A DNA stretch of 64,000 nt from Longimicrobiales bacterium (GTDB taxonomy: Bacteria > Gemmatimonadota > Gemmatimonadetes > Longimicrobiales > Gaopeijiaceae), in assembly GCA_965249725.1 (NCBI GenBank), contig CBDFMQ010000002.1, positions 1,824,001-1,888,000 of the forward strand, read 5' to 3'. Of the stretch, positions 18,173 through 27,818 are shown one piece after another; the first letter of the stretch is position 1, and every line of letters starts with the position of its first letter. A program made the position numbers and the translations under genes. The notes below the pieces were generated by a model that had not been told where the DNA came from, did not search any database, and saw only the letters and a list, made by a program, of their open reading frames with translations.

Positions 18173-18301
18173 GGCCACAACTGAGCCCACAGCTGAGTCC
18201 ACAGCTGAGCCCACAGCTGAGCCCACAGCTGAGCCCACAACTGAGCCCACAGCTGAGCCCACAGCTGAGTCCACTTCCGAACCCACGTCTAAGCCCAAAC
18301 C
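18170..18301 (+). repeat. 12-bp tandem array TGAGCCCACAGC, about 9 copies plus a degenerate tail, starting at the upstream stop codon
   Basis: Directly visible 12-bp period over 18170-18277, decaying toward ATG 18309. Confidence 0.95.
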
Positions 18302-18308
18302 CGAGTCC

Positions 18309-18851
18309 ATGAGCGATCCACCGCTGGTCGACATCCACTACCTCAGGCCCCCCGACCGAGAACAGATCTTCACCCAGCATCTGATCTGGGACGAACCAGA
18401 CGTCAAGATCACTCTGTCCACCGATCTGACCTTCGATCCCCCACTCCGCATCGACGATGAGGTCGTTCTCGAGACCGGCTCCCAGGTGATCTGGTTCACC
18501 TTTCCGCGCGCCTGGCACGATGTCGGGCTGTTCCATCGGGCCAACGGGGCCTTTTCGGGCACGTACGCCAACATCCTGACACCTTGCGTGTTCGAGGCAG
18601 GGGGCGTCTGGCGTACGACAGACCTGTTCCTGGACGTCTGGACGGATCCGGCGGGACGGGTGCAGGTCCTGGACGAGGACGAACTGGCGGATGCGGAGGA
18701 GCGAGGGTGGGTGACCGGGGAGACCGCAGGCCGCGCGCGCGAGGAGGCCCAGACCCTAAAGCAACAGGCGGAAGCCGGGTCGTGGCCTCCGCCTGTCGTC
18801 GGTGAGTGGTCCCTCTCGCGGGCCCGGGACGTGCTGGGTAGTTCCCTTTAG
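18309..18851 (+). CDS. DUF402-domain protein
   Basis: GTYANILTP, TDLFLDVW, VLDEDELADA. Confidence 0.8.
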   Translation: MSDPPLVDIHYLRPPDREQIFTQHLIWDEPDVKITLSTDLTFDPPLRIDDEVVLETGSQVIWFTFPRAWHDVGLFHRANGAFSGTYANILTPCVFEAGGVWRTTDLFLDVWTDPAGRVQVLDEDELADAEERGWVTGETAGRAREEAQTLKQQAEAGSWPPPVVGEWSLSRARDVLGSSL

Positions 18852-19048
18852 CCGTCCCCGACCAATTGCGCCGAGCAAAGGCGCGCGAGATCGACGTACA
18901 CCTGCTTGAGAACCTCGGGCTCCTCCTGGAGGCAGTCGATCAGACGCTCATGCCGCTCGAGAATGGCCGTCGGAATCTCGACCTCTTCGTGGTGATAGGA
19001 TCCATCGTCCACAAAAAGGAGCCGTACCTTGGCCACGTCGGTGCTCAA
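18848..19048 (-). CDS. Small hypothetical protein (66 aa)
   Basis: TTGA overlap with the dsbA-like stop; globular-looking sequence filling the gap. Confidence 0.7.
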   Translation of the reverse strand: MSTDVAKVRLLFVDDGSYHHEEVEIPTAILERHERLIDCLQEEPEVLKQVYVDLARLCSAQLVGDG

Positions 19049-19785
19049 TTGCCCTCGCCCTCTCTCATCAGCTCGTCGACGACCTCCTGCACACCGGCGA
19101 ATTCACCCCAGCGGGCAATCCGCGTGGCCCGGCCGCCGCCCTTACTGGCATACAACGTCGGAGTACCGGTCACACCCAGCTCCATGCCGAGCCGCATGTT
19201 GGCGCTGACCACGTCCGCGTGGCGGTCGCTGTTCAGGCATTCGGCGAAGTCCGCCTCGTCCAACCCGATCGTCGCCGCGTACGTCTCGTAGGCGTTGAAC
19301 GGGGGAGATTGGCTCAGGGCCCACGTGGACTGGTGCGCGAACAGCTGGTCGTGGAACGGCCAGTAGTACTGCTCCCCCTGGTCGAGTGCGCAACGGGAGG
19401 CCCTCGCCGCCAGGAAGGCGTGTGGATGTCCCGCCAACGGAAAATCGTGGAAGACGAAACGGACCATGCCGGTCTCGATGTAGGCGAGATCCACCTCGGG
19501 CTTAACGAGCGTCGCGAACTGCTGGCACGCGGGACACTGATAGTCCGCGAACTCCATGATCGTGATGGGCGCGTTGGGGTCACCGCGCTCGACGCCGGTC
19601 GCCATGTTCACCAGCGCTTCAACGTCCGTCAGCTCACCCGAAACGATCTCGAGGATCGGCTCGGTCGCGGCCGAACTCAGCGTACTCTGGACAAATGTCC
19701 ACCCGATGGCGCCGACGGCGATGACCGCCACCGCGCCAAGAACCAGGTAGAATCCCTTCAAGTCCCCACTCTTTTGTTCAGCCAC
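19045..19785 (-). CDS. DsbA-family (thioredoxin_4) membrane-anchored oxidoreductase
   Basis: TM helix; GDPNAPITIMEFADYQCPAC; cis-Pro GVTGTPT; GTG 19785 with GGAG RBS. Confidence 0.9.
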   Translation of the reverse strand: MAEQKSGDLKGFYLVLGAVAVIAVGAIGWTFVQSTLSSAATEPILEIVSGELTDVEALVNMATGVERGDPNAPITIMEFADYQCPACQQFATLVKPEVDLAYIETGMVRFVFHDFPLAGHPHAFLAARASRCALDQGEQYYWPFHDQLFAHQSTWALSQSPPFNAYETYAATIGLDEADFAECLNSDRHADVVSANMRLGMELGVTGTPTLYASKGGGRATRIARWGEFAGVQEVVDELMREGEGN

Positions 19786-19922
19786 GCTCCGACTCCACTT
19801 CCTTGGGTGTACAGCCCTCGTAGACCAACTCGCTACGCGGTCCGGAACAAGATGTTCCTCCTCAGGATCCTCGGCAATTGCTCGATGGGTCGCGGGACAT
19901 GAGTCGAGTCCTCCGCGAGGCC

Positions 19923-20606
19923 TCAGGCCAGGAGGATCTCCAACACGTCGCGTATCTCGGAAAAGTCCTCTAAGACCACATCCGCCCCGGTCGCTTCCAG
20001 CTGCTCCTCGTCGAAGTGCCCTGTTGCGACGGCCACGGTTCTGGTCCCGTGGTGTTTGCCGCATTGGACGTCGCGTGGGGTGTCACCCACCACGAACACG
20101 GAGTCTCCGGGAAAGTCGACCCCCCACGTCTCGAGAGCTCTGGTCAGAGCGAAGCCGGGAAGGTGCTGCCTCTCTTCGTGATCGGACCCATAGCCACCCA
20201 CGTGGAAGCGCCCGTCCAGCCCGACCGAGCCGAGCTTGAGCCGGGCACCCCGTGCGATATTGCCCGTCACGAGACCGAGAGCCACGTCGGCCTCGGCCTC
20301 GAGGGCTTCGACGAGCGGCCCCACACCGGGAAGAAGCCGCATCGGGTCGGCGGCGATCCGGTCCTCCAGCTCCTGGACGTATCCGTCCCAGAGCATGGGG
20401 AAACGGTGATCGATCTCGGCATCGACGAACCCGCTGGCGGCCAGCAGCTCCCTCGCGATCTGCGGGTCCGTCTTGCCGGCGAAGCTGTGCGTGTCGATCG
20501 CACCCGCTGTGCCGAACGTCGCTTCCATGGCCACGCAGAACGCTTCCTTGGCGGGTCCTCCTTCGGCCAGGGTCCCGTCGATATCGAATAGGATCAGACG
20601 CTTCAT
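19923..20606 (-). CDS. HAD-family hydrolase
   Basis: LFDIDGTL, VTGN, VGDTPRD motifs. Confidence 0.92.
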   Translation of the reverse strand: MKRLILFDIDGTLAEGGPAKEAFCVAMEATFGTAGAIDTHSFAGKTDPQIARELLAASGFVDAEIDHRFPMLWDGYVQELEDRIAADPMRLLPGVGPLVEALEAEADVALGLVTGNIARGARLKLGSVGLDGRFHVGGYGSDHEERQHLPGFALTRALETWGVDFPGDSVFVVGDTPRDVQCGKHHGTRTVAVATGHFDEEQLEATGADVVLEDFSEIRDVLEILLA

Positions 20607-20615
20607 CGACAGATC

Positions 20616-21572
20616 CTAGAGTTGCGTGAGAATCGAAGGATCGATGTTGCCACCACTTACGACGGCCACGGTCTTCCGGTCCTTGGTCGGGACCAGGCCG
20701 CTCCGGAGCGCTGCAACGGTAGCAGCACCCGAGAACTCGATCACCAGCCGCTGGCGGTTGAAGAGCAAGGCTGATGCGTCGCGGATCGCCTCGTCGTCCA
20801 CCAACACCACATCGTCCACCAACTCCCGCACGTGCTGGAAGGTCAGGTCGCCCGTCCGCACGGGAAGCAACCCGTCCGCGATGGACACTGCACTCCCGAT
20901 CGTCACAGGCTCTCCGGCGTCCAACGCCGCGTGCATGGACGCGGCCGTGACCGGCTCCACTCCGAGAATCGTCACATCGGGCCTGAGTCTACGCAGCGCG
21001 GCCGAAGTACCACTGCACAGGCCCCCGCCCCCGATCGGAATGAGAACCGTGTCGAAGTCGTCCCAGTCCTCCGCGATCTCGATACCGACCGTTCCCGCTC
21101 CCGCGATGATCCAGGGATGGTCGAACGGCGGCACTACGACTAGGCCGTCCGCCTCGGCGATGGCCTCGGCGCGTACCTTTCGATGGAGCGATGTCGTGCC
21201 CTCGAGGACGACCTCTGCCCCGAGCCTCTCGGCCCCCTTCCGCTTGACGTCAGGGGCGGTCACGGGCATGACCACCACAGCACGGATTCCATGAAGCTGA
21301 GCGGCCAGAGCGACGGCCTGGGCGTGGTTGCCCGACGAGTAGGTGATGATACCCCTCGCGCGTTCCTCTTCCGGAATCTGAGCGACGAAGTTGTACGCCC
21401 CTCGGGCCTTGAACGAACCGGTCCGCTGTAGAGACTCCAGTTTCAGGCGGACTTCGCCCCCGAGCTCTTCGGCCAGGGCGTCGGCAGGATGGAGCGGCGT
21501 CCGGACCACAACGGAGCGAACTCGCTCATGCGCCCGCCGTATGTCGTCGAGTGTGACCAGGGCGTCACTCAC
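20616..21572 (-). CDS. PLP-dependent threonine/serine dehydratase (serine racemase-like, no ACT domain)
   Basis: [33 protein letters not shown]. Confidence 0.93.
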   Translation of the reverse strand: MSDALVTLDDIRRAHERVRSVVVRTPLHPADALAEELGGEVRLKLESLQRTGSFKARGAYNFVAQIPEEERARGIITYSSGNHAQAVALAAQLHGIRAVVVMPVTAPDVKRKGAERLGAEVVLEGTTSLHRKVRAEAIAEADGLVVVPPFDHPWIIAGAGTVGIEIAEDWDDFDTVLIPIGGGGLCSGTSAALRRLRPDVTILGVEPVTAASMHAALDAGEPVTIGSAVSIADGLLPVRTGDLTFQHVRELVDDVVLVDDEAIRDASALLFNRQRLVIEFSGAATVAALRSGLVPTKDRKTVAVVSGGNIDPSILTQL

Positions 21573-24156
21573 CCTCGGAATCCGCCTCGACCTCCGTTTC
21601 AGCCTCGGCTTCCACTTCTGCTTGCGCCTCTGTGTCCGGCACCCCAGCCGTTACCTCGGTATCGGCGTCGTCACCGGTCTCACCCTCGGCACCGTCGCCA
21701 TTGCCATCCTCATCCTCTGGGATGACCCGGGCCACGTCCATGACCACATCGCCCTTGTCCAGGTTCACGAGGCGGACCCCCTGGGTGGCTCGGCCGATTA
21801 CGCGGATCTCGTCGATCCGCTGGCGGTTGATCACACCCTTCCGGGTGATCACCATGAGCTCGTCGTGGGGCACCACGGCCTTGATCGCGACCACCTGTCC
21901 GGTCTTATCGGTCGTCTTGAGGTTGATCACACCCTTGCCGCCTCGCGTCTGTAGCCGGTAGGCGTCGATCTCGGTACGCTTTCCCATCCCTCCCTCGGAC
22001 ACCACGAGGAGGGTGGTGTCTTCTCTTCGGACCACCACCATGCCCACCACGTGGTCGTCCTCACCGAGTCTGATGCCGCGAACCCCCTCGGACACTCGGC
22101 CCATGCTCCGGGCATCCTGCTCCTTGAACCGGATCGCCTTGCCCTTCTGCGTCGCGAGGATCACCTCGTTGTCGCCGTCCGTGATCTGAACGTCGATGAG
22201 TTCGTCACCCTCACGGATGTTGATCCCGATCAGTCCCACCGACCGCACGTTTCCGTATGCGGACAGCGGGGTCTTCTTGACCTTGCCCTCCTTGGTCGAG
22301 AAGAGGAGGTACTGATCGTCGGAGAACTCCCGGACCGGCACGATCGAGGCGATCTCATCGGTCGGATCGATGTTCAGAAGGTTGACGATCGGCTTGCCCT
22401 TGGAGTGACGGCCTGCCGGCGGCACCTGCCACACCTTCAGCCAGTGGCACTGTCCCGAGCGGGTGAAGATCATGAGGTACTCGTGAGCAGACGCCACGAA
22501 CAGGTGCTCCACCCAGTCCTCGTCCTTGGTGCCCATCCCCTGGAGCCCCCTGCCCCCTCGCCGCTGGGCCCGGTACGTGTCGATCTCCGCGCGCTTCACG
22601 TATCCCTGACGCGAGACGGTGATGACCATCTCCTCGTCGGCGATCAGGTCCTCGACGTTCAGGGACGACGCGTCACCGACGATTTCGCTCCGACGTTCGT
22701 CGCCGTACTTGGCGTCCACCTCGGTCAGCTCTTCGGTGATGATCTCCATGCGACGATCCTTGCTGCCCAGGATCGCCTGCAGTTCGTCGATGGTGGCGCG
22801 GATCTCGGCGAGCTCTGCCTCGAGCTTCTCCATCTCCAACCCGGTCAGCCTGGCCAGCCTCATGTCGAGGATGGCCTTGGTCTGACGCTCGGTGAGCTCG
22901 AAGGACTCCTGGAGGCTCGCCGAGGCGGTCTCCGCGTCGTGAGACCCACGGATGATCCTGATGACCTCGTCGATGTTGTCGACGGCGATCTTGAGACCCT
23001 CCAGGATGTGCTCACGATCCTGAGCCTTGGCCAGATCGAACGCCGTCCGCTTCACCACCACCGTGTGACGGTGATCGATGAAGTGGAGCAGCATGTCCCG
23101 AAGCGGGAGCACGCGCGGTTCGCCGTTCACGAGGGCGAGCAGAATGGTCCCGAAGGTGGACTGCATCTGCGTGTGCTTGAAGAGCTTGTTCAGGACGATC
23201 TGCGGTATGGCGTCCCGCTTGAGCTCGATGACGATCCGCAGGCCGTCCCGGTCGGACTCGTCACGCATGTCGCGGATGTCGGTGATCTTCTTGTCGCGGA
23301 CGAGCTGAGCGATCTGCTCGATGAGCCGCGATTTGTTCACCATGAACGGAATCTCGGTGACCACGATCCGCTCGGAGTTCGCGTCCACCTCCTCGATGGT
23401 GGCCCGGGCACGCATGACCACCCGTCCACGACCCGTGCGGTAGGCGTCCTCGATGCCTTCTCGCCCGCAGATGAACGCTCCCGTCGGGAAATCGGGACCG
23501 GTGACCAGGCTCTCGAGTTCCTCCTGAGGGAGCTTGCGGTCGATGATGAGGGCCTTCGTGGCGGCGACGATCTCCCGCAGATTGTGGGGCGGGATGTTGG
23601 TCGCCATTCCGACCGCAATTCCCGAGCTCCCGTTGATCAGGAGGTTCGGGACCTTGGAAGGGAGAACGGTAGGCTCTTCCAGCCGCCCGTCGAAGTTCGG
23701 TGTGAAGGCGACGGTCTCCTTGTCGATATCCTCGAGCATCTCCGTGGCCAGCGCCATCAGGCGGGCCTCGGTGTACCGGTAGGCCGCCGCCGAGTCCCCG
23801 TCGATAGACCCGAAGTTCCCCTGGCCGTCTACGAGGGGATAACGCAGCGAGAAGTCCTGAACCATCCGGACCATGGAGTCGTAGACCGCCGAGTCACCGT
23901 GCGGATGGTACTTGCCGAGCACCTCTCCCACGACCGTCGCCGACTTCTTGTACCCGCGTCCCGGATTGAGCCCCAACCCGCTCATGGCGAAGAGTATGCG
24001 GCGGTGCACCGGCTTCAGGCCGTCCCGTACGTCGGGAAGCGCCCGCTGCACGATGACGCTCATCGAGTAGTCGATGAACGACTCTCGCATTTCGTCTTCG
24101 AGTAGCCGTTCTAGAACTTTCTCTCCACTGAGAGGAGGGAGTTCGTCGTTCGCCAT
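21565..24156 (-). CDS. gyrA: DNA gyrase subunit A
   Basis: [36 protein letters not shown] (catalytic Tyr), GyrA-box QRRGGRG, acidic tail. Confidence 0.98.
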   Translation of the reverse strand: MANDELPPLSGEKVLERLLEDEMRESFIDYSMSVIVQRALPDVRDGLKPVHRRILFAMSGLGLNPGRGYKKSATVVGEVLGKYHPHGDSAVYDSMVRMVQDFSLRYPLVDGQGNFGSIDGDSAAAYRYTEARLMALATEMLEDIDKETVAFTPNFDGRLEEPTVLPSKVPNLLINGSSGIAVGMATNIPPHNLREIVAATKALIIDRKLPQEELESLVTGPDFPTGAFICGREGIEDAYRTGRGRVVMRARATIEEVDANSERIVVTEIPFMVNKSRLIEQIAQLVRDKKITDIRDMRDESDRDGLRIVIELKRDAIPQIVLNKLFKHTQMQSTFGTILLALVNGEPRVLPLRDMLLHFIDHRHTVVVKRTAFDLAKAQDREHILEGLKIAVDNIDEVIRIIRGSHDAETASASLQESFELTERQTKAILDMRLARLTGLEMEKLEAELAEIRATIDELQAILGSKDRRMEIITEELTEVDAKYGDERRSEIVGDASSLNVEDLIADEEMVITVSRQGYVKRAEIDTYRAQRRGGRGLQGMGTKDEDWVEHLFVASAHEYLMIFTRSGQCHWLKVWQVPPAGRHSKGKPIVNLLNIDPTDEIASIVPVREFSDDQYLLFSTKEGKVKKTPLSAYGNVRSVGLIGINIREGDELIDVQITDGDNEVILATQKGKAIRFKEQDARSMGRVSEGVRGIRLGEDDHVVGMVVVRREDTTLLVVSEGGMGKRTEIDAYRLQTRGGKGVINLKTTDKTGQVVAIKAVVPHDELMVITRKGVINRQRIDEIRVIGRATQGVRLVNLDKGDVVMDVARVIPEDEDGNGDGAEGETGDDADTEVTAGVPDTEAQAEVEAEAETEVEADSEGE

Positions 24157-24204
24157 TCAGCTCGCCTTCATTTGAAATTCGGTCGACGCATACTCGTCAC
24201 GTCG

Positions 24205-24591
24205 TCAGCCCATGTAACTGAGGCCTCGCCAGCCACAGTCCGCGCAGTGCCTACCGGAGAGCGCCTTGCCCAGGATCCGCCCGAGGACCCGCTGCCGCAC
24301 CGTGCGCCGTACCCTCTTGGTTCGAGCCCCGCATTTCGGGCACCCGTCGTGATCCATTATCCCCTGCTGACGGTACCGGACAACGACCGTCACTCCGGCC
24401 ATCACAACCGAAATCAAGACCAGCCCGAGCCCGCCCAAGGACCTCCAGGGGATGCCGTCCGATTGACCCGCACCGAGCGGATTGGCAAACGACTCCCGCA
24501 GCCGGACAATCGTGAGGCTGGGTGTCCCGGTGGTTAACTCCAGACCGAGCAAGAAAAGGCCTAGAGATATGACCTCGAGAGTGCGTCTCAA
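24205..24591 (-). CDS. Hypothetical two-TM protein with a C-terminal CxxC...CxxC zinc ribbon
   Basis: GGAG RBS before TTG; hydrophobic helices; CPKC and CADC motifs. Confidence 0.65.
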   Translation of the reverse strand: MRRTLEVISLGLFLLGLELTTGTPSLTIVRLRESFANPLGAGQSDGIPWRSLGGLGLVLISVVMAGVTVVVRYRQQGIMDHDGCPKCGARTKRVRRTVRQRVLGRILGKALSGRHCADCGWRGLSYMG

Positions 24592-24643
24592 AGAGGCTCC
24601 GCGACGGGACGGTGCGATGGGGGCTAAGTCGTTGAAAACTAAC

Positions 24644-24726
24644 GAACAAATGGCCCTCCAACAAGCCGGAAAACAGGCCTGCGAGAGGGCCCGGGAGGCA
24701 CCCGTGAAAGGGCCCTTTTAGGGGCC
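24644..24726 (-). repeat. Degenerate ~12-bp array, 7 units beginning GGCC-like, with the first unit containing the TAA stop of the TPR gene
   Basis: Minus strand: ggcccctaaaag ggccctttcacg ggtgcctcccg ggccctctcgca ggcctgttttcc ggcttgttggag ggccatttgttc. Confidence 0.55.
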
Positions 24727-26676
24727 TGGGCGACGGACCGGCGCAACCCCCGGTCTCCGCATGCGATTCATGAGTGTTACGAAGCGGGGATCGGAGCGCA
24801 GTGGGTCCCAAACGGCGTCGCTTCGGACGGACATCAGCCGCCGATCTCGACTCTCGAAGGCCACCTCGAGGAGATCCAACGCCTCGTCCCGCTCTCCGGT
24901 CCCTGCGTGCGCCGCCGCCAGGTAGACGGGCGACACAGACTGTCCCTCGGCCTCACGTCCCCGGAGCTCTTCCAGTCGCCACTCCCAGTACCCGAAGGCG
25001 CCGTCCTCGCCCATCCGCTCCTCGAGCCGTGTGACGGCCTCGGCGTCTCCTTCCGCGTGGTCCACCCAAACCTGCCTCATGTCGAGCAGCTCGTCGTAAT
25101 CACCCTGCGAAGCGTAGATGAGCTCCAGAGCCTCCCACGCCTCCTGGTGCTCGGGATCGAGCTCACAGACCTCTTCGAGAAGCTGCTTGGCCTCGTCCAG
25201 CCGTCCTGCGGCCTTGAGCTTCTGCGCCGCACGGATCATGCGGGCTGGCTGGTCCACCGCCCCGGCCCTCTGGACCGTCCGGCCGGCCCAGGTAGCCTGG
25301 AGCTGCTGGCCCAACTCGGTCATGCTCTCGAAGAGGAACGTCGAGTCCATCCTGAAGTCACTCACGCTCGCAGCCACGACCGAGTCGAGCTTGATGACGG
25401 TGAGGGCCTCCTGGCCTTCGTCACCACGCCGATGTACGACGCGGACCTCGGTGCCCGGCTGGGGAAGGCTCAGCAGAGTGCCGGGTGCTCCCATCTCCTC
25501 GCTCAGGTGCTCGTCGATGAGCGCCAGGATGTCGCGGGCTTCCGCCAGTTCGGGATCTACCTCCAGCGCTTTCAGCGCCATGAGCCGTGCCCGCTCCAAG
25601 GACGCGACGAGGTCGGTGGGATCGGCCAGCTCCATCATCAGTTCGGTGCCCGCCAGGCCGGCGTACGCGGGAGCGAAGTCGGGATCCGCTTCCACCGCTT
25701 CGCTGAAGTGGCCCATCGCGGCCCTGAGCCCTTCTTCGGTCTGACTCGACTGCTCGTAGCGGGCCTTCATGAACTGCTCGTTGGCTTCCGGCACCTCACT
25801 GGAGGAGAACGACGACGACATGGTCACCGCGTCCTCGGGTGAAAGCTCTCCCTGGATTTCCCAGGCGATGGCTTCCGCGACCTCGGCCTGGAGGTTCAGC
25901 ACGTCGGAGAAGTCGCGCGTGTAGCTCTGAGTCCATACGTGCGTGTCACTCGGACCGTGGATCAGCTGCACCGTGATCCTCACCTCGTCTCCGGCGCGGG
26001 TCACGGAGCCCTCCACGATGCCCTCGACGGCGAGTTCCCGTGCGATCTCGGGAATTGTCATCTCCGTGCCCGCGTAGCGAGTCACCGACGTCCTGGAAAC
26101 GACCCTGATCGCCGGCAACTGGCTCAAGCGTGCGATCAGCGCCTCGTGCATTCCCGCAACGAAGTAGTCCTGCTCGTCGGTATCGGAAAAGTTGTCCAGA
26201 GGGAGCACCGCCATGGAGCGGATGAGATCGCCCGCTACGTACGCCGCCGGGATGACGGTCGGGCTGCTGCCCGCCCTCGGGCCGAGGCTCGGAGCCTGGG
26301 CGGTTTTCCCGATCCACCACGAACCCAGCCCTCCCACTGCGAGCACCGTGACGGTGAGAAGAGCGGCCCGGGGGAGGACTCCCGTCCCGGGCATCCCCTG
26401 CCCGCGTCCTCTCTCGATGTCGATGGCATCGGTCTTGCGGATCCCCTCGGACGTGATGTCGAAGACCCATGCCAGGACCATGACGAGCGGAAAGCCCAGC
26501 ACCGAAAAGACCACCACGTACTGAAGGGCCCACTCGGCGGAGAAGGCGGGGAGGATGATCTCGCCGAGCTGGAGCACCACGAAGGCCACGGCCGCGTAGG
26601 CGATCGCCACGCGCACCACGTGCCGGCGCCTCAGCTCCGCCAGGAAGCACTCCAGTCTGGAAGGTTGGTCACCCAT
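24718..26676 (-). CDS. Membrane protein with a TolB_N-like domain and TPR repeats (adenylate cyclase/kinase-associated type, no catalytic domain)
   Basis: ELRRRHVVRVAIAY N-terminus with 3 TMs; SMAVLPLDNFS...DYFVAGMHEALI...VVSRTS; TPRs; C-terminal WDPLRSDPRF. Confidence 0.85.
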   Translation of the reverse strand: MGDQPSRLECFLAELRRRHVVRVAIAYAAVAFVVLQLGEIILPAFSAEWALQYVVVFSVLGFPLVMVLAWVFDITSEGIRKTDAIDIERGRGQGMPGTGVLPRAALLTVTVLAVGGLGSWWIGKTAQAPSLGPRAGSSPTVIPAAYVAGDLIRSMAVLPLDNFSDTDEQDYFVAGMHEALIARLSQLPAIRVVSRTSVTRYAGTEMTIPEIARELAVEGIVEGSVTRAGDEVRITVQLIHGPSDTHVWTQSYTRDFSDVLNLQAEVAEAIAWEIQGELSPEDAVTMSSSFSSSEVPEANEQFMKARYEQSSQTEEGLRAAMGHFSEAVEADPDFAPAYAGLAGTELMMELADPTDLVASLERARLMALKALEVDPELAEARDILALIDEHLSEEMGAPGTLLSLPQPGTEVRVVHRRGDEGQEALTVIKLDSVVAASVSDFRMDSTFLFESMTELGQQLQATWAGRTVQRAGAVDQPARMIRAAQKLKAAGRLDEAKQLLEEVCELDPEHQEAWEALELIYASQGDYDELLDMRQVWVDHAEGDAEAVTRLEERMGEDGAFGYWEWRLEELRGREAEGQSVSPVYLAAAHAGTGERDEALDLLEVAFESRDRRLMSVRSDAVWDPLRSDPRFVTLMNRMRRPGVAPVRRPGP

Positions 26677-26807
26677 GGTTCACGTAATCGATTGCGCCGA
26701 ATTCGGGGCGCCTACATCGAGGAGTCTCGCGGCCTGCCATGCTAACACTTGAGACACCGCCCGAGGTCCCGTGGTTAAGGCCACGGCATCGGTTCATCCG
26801 TTTCGTC

Positions 26808-27818
26808 TCAGGCCACCGCGATGAAATCTGGGCCCTCGCGCCAACCCGCCTCCTGTAGGGCACTCCTGATCTCGTCCCTCGCCCCGACCCGCCCCACCGC
26901 CGCCACACAGTATGCGTCTCTGTATTGGTTGATGCCTGAAGGGGTAACGACTGTTGCCCCGTGAATGCTCTGTCCGATCTTTCGGTCGTCGAGATCGACG
27001 AACGCCCTGATCCGTCCGCCCTGTCTCTGGACCTCCTGGGCGAACGACTTCCCGAGGGGGCCGGCGCCCCAGACCACCAGGCCGTCCCGATCTCTGGCGT
27101 ATGTGCGCAGCAGATAGTGCACCTTGCAGCGGCGGAAGGCGGCGGGTGAATAGGCTTCATGCTGGCGCGAGGCTCGTTCCTCTCGCTCTCTCCAGTGGAG
27201 CAGCACCCGATCTACCACGGCGAGGCCGGCCCCCGATTCCCAGAGCCTCATGATGAGGTCGTAGTCCTCGGGCCACCCCCGATCCGTATAGCCCCCAACG
27301 TCTTCCACGGACGCCGCCCGGAGGAAAAACGTGGGGTGGGCCAGCGGGCACTCGACGAACAGATCGCGCTCCACATCCGCGAGCGAGTGCATGCCGTTGA
27401 GCCACTCCTCGTATCGAAGCCCGCCGTCTTTCAAGACCTCACGCGGAAAGTACCGGACCCCCGCCCCGCAGACAGCCAGGTCCGGCTCGCGCTCCAGGAG
27501 GTCTCTCTGCTCCTCGAAGCGAGTCGCCATCGCAATGTCGTCGGCGTCCATGCGAGCCAGGTAGCGACCGCGCGCCCGGCTCCGTGCAGCCTCCAGGGCG
27601 GCCGTGATTCCCGATGCGGGCTGCGAGGTCACGACGACGCGAGGGTCTTCGCGCGCCCACTGGGACAGGATGTCGACGCTCTCGTCTATGGATCCATCGT
27701 CGACCGCGAGCACCTCGAAGTCCTCGAAGGTCTGCGATCGCAGCGACTCGATGCACTCGGGTAGGTAGGCCGCTGCATCACGCACCGGGAGGAGGACCGA
27801 GACGTCGGGCTCAGCCAC
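26808..27818 (-). CDS. Glycosyltransferase family 2 with a C-terminal Rossmann-like domain
   Basis: VSVLLPV, VDDGS, ARMDADD, EDYDL, VVWGAGPLGK. Confidence 0.92.
   Translation of the reverse strand: MAEPDVSVLLPVRDAAAYLPECIESLRSQTFEDFEVLAVDDGSIDESVDILSQWAREDPRVVVTSQPASGITAALEAARSRARGRYLARMDADDIAMATRFEEQRDLLEREPDLAVCGAGVRYFPREVLKDGGLRYEEWLNGMHSLADVERDLFVECPLAHPTFFLRAASVEDVGGYTDRGWPEDYDLIMRLWESGAGLAVVDRVLLHWREREERASRQHEAYSPAAFRRCKVHYLLRTYARDRDGLVVWGAGPLGKSFAQEVQRQGGRIRAFVDLDDRKIGQSIHGATVVTPSGINQYRDAYCVAAVGRVGARDEIRSALQEAGWREGPDFIAVA

Noticed and set aside
23860..23920. Quinolone-resistance substitutions, or parC identity
   Set aside because: The QRDR reads HGDSAVYD (wild-type Ser and Asp) and a GyrA-box is present.
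22051..24105. Long antisense ORFs (684 aa here; also 41196-43112, 32311-34059, 9749-10975, 50670-52043)
   Set aside because: They lie opposite well-supported genes and are expected from high-GC codon bias; no recognisable motifs.
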